Below, piece by piece: positions 7,451 through 11,089 of a DNA stretch of 11,089 nucleotides; position 1 is the stretch's first letter; every line of letters starts with the position of its first letter. The DNA is from Promethearchaeota archaeon (GTDB lineage: Archaea; Asgardarchaeota; Lokiarchaeia; Sigyniarchaeales; SOKP01): contig JAGXNO010000075.1 of the NCBI GenBank assembly GCA_019894975.1, forward strand, positions 1 through 11,089. The letters run 5' to 3'. The notes under the pieces were generated by a model. It made no database searches, was not told the origin of the DNA, and was given only the letters and a program-made list of their open reading frames with translations. Position numbers and translations under genes: made by a program.

Positions 7451-7705
7451 ATGACCAAATTAAATAGGTTTAAAAGAGATAATTAGTATGAAGTTTCTCG
7501 AGAAGAAATAAAAAGATATACTTCTGTTGATCATAAAAATGTATAGGGTGTAGTTCATTTGTATTGGATCGCCTTGTATTGATATTTACTTATGATTTTG
7601 AACGTCATAGCGTCAAAGGAATAAACCTTCAAAAATACGTCGTTGGGCGTGAGTAGATTCATGCATCCCTAAAGCAATAAATCTACCTTCTGTATCTTAT
7701 TTATC
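7451..7705 (+). pseudogene. Decayed 4Fe-4S dicluster ferredoxin gene (same family as the gene at 1-179)
   Basis: ATG 7451 MTKLNRFKRDN*YEVSREEIKRYTSVDHK; frameshift in the A-run 7535-7539; CIGCSSFVLDRLVLIFTYDFERHSVKGINLQKYVVGRE*; second shift; SCIPKAINLPSVSYL. The 3' end is approximate. Confidence 0.8.
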
Positions 7706-7829
7706 TCTCATCTTTGAAATGCTTTTTATAAAAATTATTGGACTGAATGAAAAGAAGTCAATTATTAATAAATAATTTATTATTGAATTCCAATTTTTAC
7801 TATACAATTTAACCCAGGTATTACGAAAA

Positions 7830-8612
7830 ATGAGACCACATCATAAGGAATCCATAGATAAATTGGTAGAAAGTATTAAACAAGATAACAGATTTTTAGC
7901 GCTTATTATTGGTGGATCCGTCGCAAAAGGCATGGAGAGAGAAGACTCGGATATTGATATCGTTCTTGTAGCCACTGATGAGGAATTCGAAAAACGAAAA
8001 AAAAAATCCATATTTATATATTATGAACAGAAGTTCTGTAATTATCCAGGAGGCTACGTAGATGGAAAAGTTGTCGACCTACAATTTTTAAGAACTGTGG
8101 CTGAAAGAGGGAGTGAACCTGCCAGAGATGCTTTTCGAGATGCGTGGATTGCTTATTCGAAAACTCCTGAACTTGAAGATATCTTAAATAAAATTCCTGT
8201 ATTCCAAAAAGAGGAAAAACTGAAAAAAATTAGAAAATTTTATGCTCAATTTGAATGCGCTAACTGGATTATCAAGGAAGCGGAGAGAAGAAACGATGAC
8301 TACCTGTTAACACGAGGAATTACAGATCTAATACTATTTGGCGGCAGATTAATCCTTGAATATAATGAGATTTTATATCCCTTTCATAAATTATTTATGC
8401 AAACTCTAGAAAAAGCACCTGATAAGCCTGAGAATCTAATGTCTTTGATAAATTCTTTATTGAATGAAAGGAATTTTAAAAATGCTGAAGTATTTTATGA
8501 TGCAGTAAAAAATTTCAGGAAATGGGAAACCCAAAAGTTTTGGGCGATAAGATTTCTACTTGATACTGAGTGGGCATGGATTAATGGAAAACCATATGTA
8601 GGAGATCTCTAA
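7830..8612 (+). CDS. Pol-beta superfamily nucleotidyltransferase domain protein
   Basis: IIGGSVAKG..EDSDIDIVLV (GS...DxD) plus a downstream VD; helical C-terminal domain. Confidence 0.85.
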   Translation: MRPHHKESIDKLVESIKQDNRFLALIIGGSVAKGMEREDSDIDIVLVATDEEFEKRKKKSIFIYYEQKFCNYPGGYVDGKVVDLQFLRTVAERGSEPARDAFRDAWIAYSKTPELEDILNKIPVFQKEEKLKKIRKFYAQFECANWIIKEAERRNDDYLLTRGITDLILFGGRLILEYNEILYPFHKLFMQTLEKAPDKPENLMSLINSLLNERNFKNAEVFYDAVKNFRKWETQKFWAIRFLLDTEWAWINGKPYVGDL

Positions 8613-8759
8613 AAGAACAACGAAAAAAAAGAGATGAACGTGGTCTAATACCAAAGACTTTTATAGAAACTAACCTTCCTAAAAGATGAATCCATGCATT
8701 CCTCCTCTTGAATCGCTCATTAAAGATATTTTTATCAACAAAATTCCTGATCTTCAAAT

Positions 8760-9317
8760 TCAATAATAAATTTTATCTGTTATAACCTTTCTTTTATCTG
8801 AAATATCTATTCCTTCCATTTCCAGAAGTTTTCGCTTCATTTCAATACCACCTTGATATCCACCAAGTTCTCCATTTGTTTTAATCGCTCTATGACAGGG
8901 TATAATTATAAGAAAAGGATTCTTAGCTAAAGAATTTCCAACAACTCTTGCACCGTTCGGTTTACCAATTTTTTCCGCAATTCGCTTGTACGTACTAACC
9001 CATCCCCTCGGGACTTCGGATTCCGCTATAAGTACTTTCTTTTGAACTTCAGAACATGTATTAAAGTCAAGTAGCTCTAAATCGAATTCTACTTTTTCTC
9101 CTTTAAAGAACCGTTGGATTTTCTCTCCAATGGATGTGATCTGTGAAGATGAGCCAGCACTAATTTGTTCGAAAGATTCAAGAGCTTTAATTTTGGATTT
9201 AAGTTGAGGATCACTAAGAAATACACGCTGAATCCGTAAATTAGAGTCAACTTCCCTCCATACAATAGTAAAAGTATCAAAAGGAGAAGAAAAAGTTGAG
9301 TAAAATAGATACACCAT
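8760..9317 (-). CDS. ogt: Methylated-DNA--protein-cysteine S-methyltransferase
   Basis: VPRGWVSTYKRIA, ARVVGNSLAKNP, IIPCHRAI active site, LGGYQGG..MKRKLLEMEG. Confidence 0.95.
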   Translation of the reverse strand: MVYLFYSTFSSPFDTFTIVWREVDSNLRIQRVFLSDPQLKSKIKALESFEQISAGSSSQITSIGEKIQRFFKGEKVEFDLELLDFNTCSEVQKKVLIAESEVPRGWVSTYKRIAEKIGKPNGARVVGNSLAKNPFLIIIPCHRAIKTNGELGGYQGGIEMKRKLLEMEGIDISDKRKVITDKIYY

Positions 9318-9388
9318 ACTAAATCACTAAAATCAATAAAATACAAAAATTTAATTATTTGGGAGTGTTTTGATCTATATCATAAAAT

Positions 9389-9460
9389 GGGCCTATGGAT
9401 TAGTGGAAGATCGTTTCCTTGGCATGGAAAAGGCCGCGGGTTCAATTCCCGCTAGGTCCA
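9389..9460 (+). tRNA. tRNA-Ala (anticodon GGC), intronless, CCA not encoded
   Basis: Acceptor stem GGGCCTA/TAGGTCC with G3:U70; D-stem GATT/GATC; anticodon arm TTTCC-TTGGCAT-GGAAA (GGC at 9421-9423); T-arm GCGGG-TTCAATT-CCCGC; discriminator A. Confidence 0.97.
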
Positions 9461-9480
9461 TAACTTATTCTTGATTCTGG

Positions 9481-9493
9481 TTATTTTTTTTTT
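9481..9493 (+). terminator. Oligo-T terminator after the tRNA
   Basis: TTATTTTTTTTTT about 20 nt downstream of the tRNA 3' end. Confidence 0.55.
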
Positions 9494-9609
9494 ATATAAA
9501 TTATTTTTCTATTCCATAATATTTCTAATTCATTGAGAAAATTAACATCGTAATTAGATTGAACAAAATGGGGTAAAGAGAAAAAAAGAGAATTCCCTAA
9601 TTAAAATTA

Positions 9610-9655
9610 TTTTCTGAAAAAAATTAAATATTCAGAAAAACATACTATATGTATG
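9610..9655 (+). promoter_or_regulatory. vapBC promoter with two inverted repeats (probable autoregulatory operators)
   Basis: TTTTCTGAA (9610-9618) / TTCAGAAAA (9631-9639) flank TTAAATA (9624-9630). CATAC-TATAT-GTATG (9641-9655) overlaps the ATG. Confidence 0.6.
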
Positions 9656-9913
9656 ACAATCCAAGATAAGACTATTGTTGGAAAAAAGGGAGAAATACTT
9701 CCGAAAAAACTTTTAAGAGATATGGCGGGAATAAATCCAGGAGATGAAGTACTGATAGAGGCTTTTAAGGGTGAATTAATAATCAAGAAGATCTATTCGA
9801 TAGACGAAGCCTTGAGTATGCCGGTTATTGATTCAGGGACTCCTACAAGTATTGAAAAGGATCTTGAAGAAGAAAGATTACTACAGGAGAAATTGACAAA
9901 TGAAGAACATTAA
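9653..9913 (+). CDS. vapB: AbrB/MazE/SpoVT-family antitoxin (VapB-like)
   Basis: VGKKGEILPKKLLRDMAGINPGDEVLIEAFKGELIIKK swapped-hairpin motif; acidic tail; overlaps the PIN gene by 14 nt. Confidence 0.88.
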   Translation: MTIQDKTIVGKKGEILPKKLLRDMAGINPGDEVLIEAFKGELIIKKIYSIDEALSMPVIDSGTPTSIEKDLEEERLLQEKLTNEEH

Positions 9914-10397
9914 GCCACTCATACTTGACACAACATTTATCTTACCTTTATTCGGTATAAAAATTAAGATCGATGATGATTTTGAAAGTGATATTAAACG
10001 AGTTTGGAAGAATGAGATTGATGGCTATGTTGTTTATTTACCATCAACATGTCTGATTGAGACGGTATTCAAATTATTAAATGTGTACAAGAAAACAAAT
10101 GATTTTAATGTTTTAGATAGATATCAAATGATTCTTCCTACATTGCTTAACTTACCAATCAATATCTTTAATTGTGAATTGAATCCAAAAGCAAGTATGA
10201 TTGCTTCAGTTATAAGACATTATGGACATCCTGATTTTATGGATTGTTGGATAGCTGCGACTGCAGCAGTATTGAATGGAATCTTTCTGAGTGAAGATGT
10301 AGAATTAAAAAAAAATTTAAAGAATATTCCAGAAACAAAAAATCTATCAGTATCCTCTTGGAAGGAATTTAAAATGAAGATAAAAATGAAGAAATGA
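9900..10397 (+). CDS. vapC: PIN-domain toxin (VapC-like)
   Basis: ILDTTFIL, LIET, DFMDCWIAATA and LSED supply the four PIN acidic residues. Confidence 0.9.
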   Translation: MKNIKPLILDTTFILPLFGIKIKIDDDFESDIKRVWKNEIDGYVVYLPSTCLIETVFKLLNVYKKTNDFNVLDRYQMILPTLLNLPINIFNCELNPKASMIASVIRHYGHPDFMDCWIAATAAVLNGIFLSEDVELKKNLKNIPETKNLSVSSWKEFKMKIKMKK

Positions 10398-10534
10398 CTA
10401 TCCTTAGGATAGATCTTATTTTACCTTATATCATTTTTAATATTTTAAGTTGAATATTTATTAAGGAAGCACCAGGAATTATATTTAATAGAAAGTTCAA
10501 TTTTAAGGTCTAAAATGGCAGATTTAGGACCTAA

Positions 10535-10711
10535 AGTTTCACTACAGGGAATCGAATTCTTCCTTTTTATCATTCATCTCTTCGCAATATTCCTTCATTA
10601 CATAAACTTGCCCCAGATCCTGAGTTACAAATTCATCCAGATACCGCAAAGCAACTTAAAATTGAGGATGGGGAGTGGGCATTCGAATGGAAAGGTAAAT
10701 TCAGAGTCTGA
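10535..10711 (+). pseudogene. Fragment of a molybdopterin (bis-MGD) oxidoreductase C-terminal dinucleotide-binding domain
   Basis: Frame bounded by TAA 10532-10534 and TGA 10709-10711, with no start codon: SFTTGNRILPFYHSSLRNIPSLHKLAPDPELQIHPDTAKQLKIEDGEWAFEWKGKFRV. It matches TTGxR...HS..R....L....P.P...IHPxxA..L.I.DG.W. Confidence 0.85.
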
Positions 10712-10752
10712 TTTCAATGAAAATAAGAAGTTAATTTTTATGGAATTTATGG

Positions 10753-11089
10753 TTAGATTGTTTTTGAAAATCTTTCTTTATTCTTTGTTTCTTGAACCAA
10801 AATCGCAAAATTCTTGGCAACATCCTCTGTTCTGGAAAATGAGGGAATGTTATACTCGCCATATAGCCGTGACATTTCTAACGATCCTTCACTTTCCATT
10901 ACTGAATAAAAAAAAACAGGTTTTGGGTATTTCGCTATGCGTTCCAGCATCGGTTTCATATAATCTATGGTTCCACCAGGTCCTCTTGGACCACCGGGCA
11001 TTGCTGTGAACAATCCTTCTATTTTAGGTTCTTCTAAAACAGCTTTTTGAATTACTTGCATAACGTTTCCAAAAGAACCCATCATACGG
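10753..11089 (-). CDS. Acetate/acyl-CoA ligase (ADP-forming) alpha-type protein, C-terminal part (5' end outside window)
   Basis: Frame open to the window edge. KYPKPVFF....G....LYGEYNIPSFSRTEDVAKNFAILV resembles the C-terminus of the succinyl-CoA-ligase-like flavodoxin domain. Confidence 0.65.
   Translation of the reverse strand, partial: RMMGSFGNVMQVIQKAVLEEPKIEGLFTAMPGGPRGPGGTIDYMKPMLERIAKYPKPVFFYSVMESEGSLEMSRLYGEYNIPSFSRTEDVAKNFAILVQETKNKERFSKTI

Noticed and set aside
7591-7609. TATGA...TCATA hairpin as a SECIS or ncRNA
   Set aside because: Only a 5-bp stem, lying inside the ferredoxin pseudogene, which explains the region.
8581-8763. 60-aa minus-strand ORF
   Set aside because: TTG start, overlaps the NTase 3' end in antisense, no motif.
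9089-9346. 85-aa Leu-rich minus-strand ORF
   Set aside because: Alternative frame overlapping the well-supported ogt.
10515-11009. 164-aa plus-strand ORF
   Set aside because: The first half is an off-frame reading of the molybdopterin-domain fragment and the second half is antisense to the acyl-CoA ligase gene.
9389-11089. Integrated element at tRNA-Ala
   Set aside because: No integrase, transposase or att-like repeat of the tRNA 3' end in the window.

Overview
AT-rich archaeal window. An archaeal-type tRNA, TATA/BRE-like promoters and protein style suggest an Asgard/Lokiarchaeia-like genome, which is an inference. The left half holds a minus-strand sulfur uptake and relay operon (tusA/yeeD-like, yeeE/yedE transporter, dsrE-dsrF-dsrH-like, then a small 4-Cys Fe-S domain ORF). 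It is divergent from an Lrp/AsnC regulator with a Cys-rich C-terminal tail. A 13-bp palindrome, TTACA-N3-TGTAA, occurs four times, always intergenic: three copies between tusA and lrp, and one upstream of a second operon (HesB/CC-Se-like, TlpA/ResA thioredoxin, two CcdA-type proteins). This suggests one sulfur/thiol-redox regulon. Three elements missing from the ORF track were read from the sequence: the 3' end of a 4Fe-4S ferredoxin (1-179), a decayed pseudogene of the same family closing the ccdA operon (7451-~7705), and a molybdopterin-oxidoreductase C-terminal fragment (10535-10711). The right half holds a nucleotidyltransferase, ogt, tRNA-Ala(GGC), a vapBC toxin-antitoxin pair with operator-like palindromes, and the 3' end of an acyl-CoA ligase (ADP-forming)-type gene. 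All family calls come from motif recognition by eye; no searches were run.
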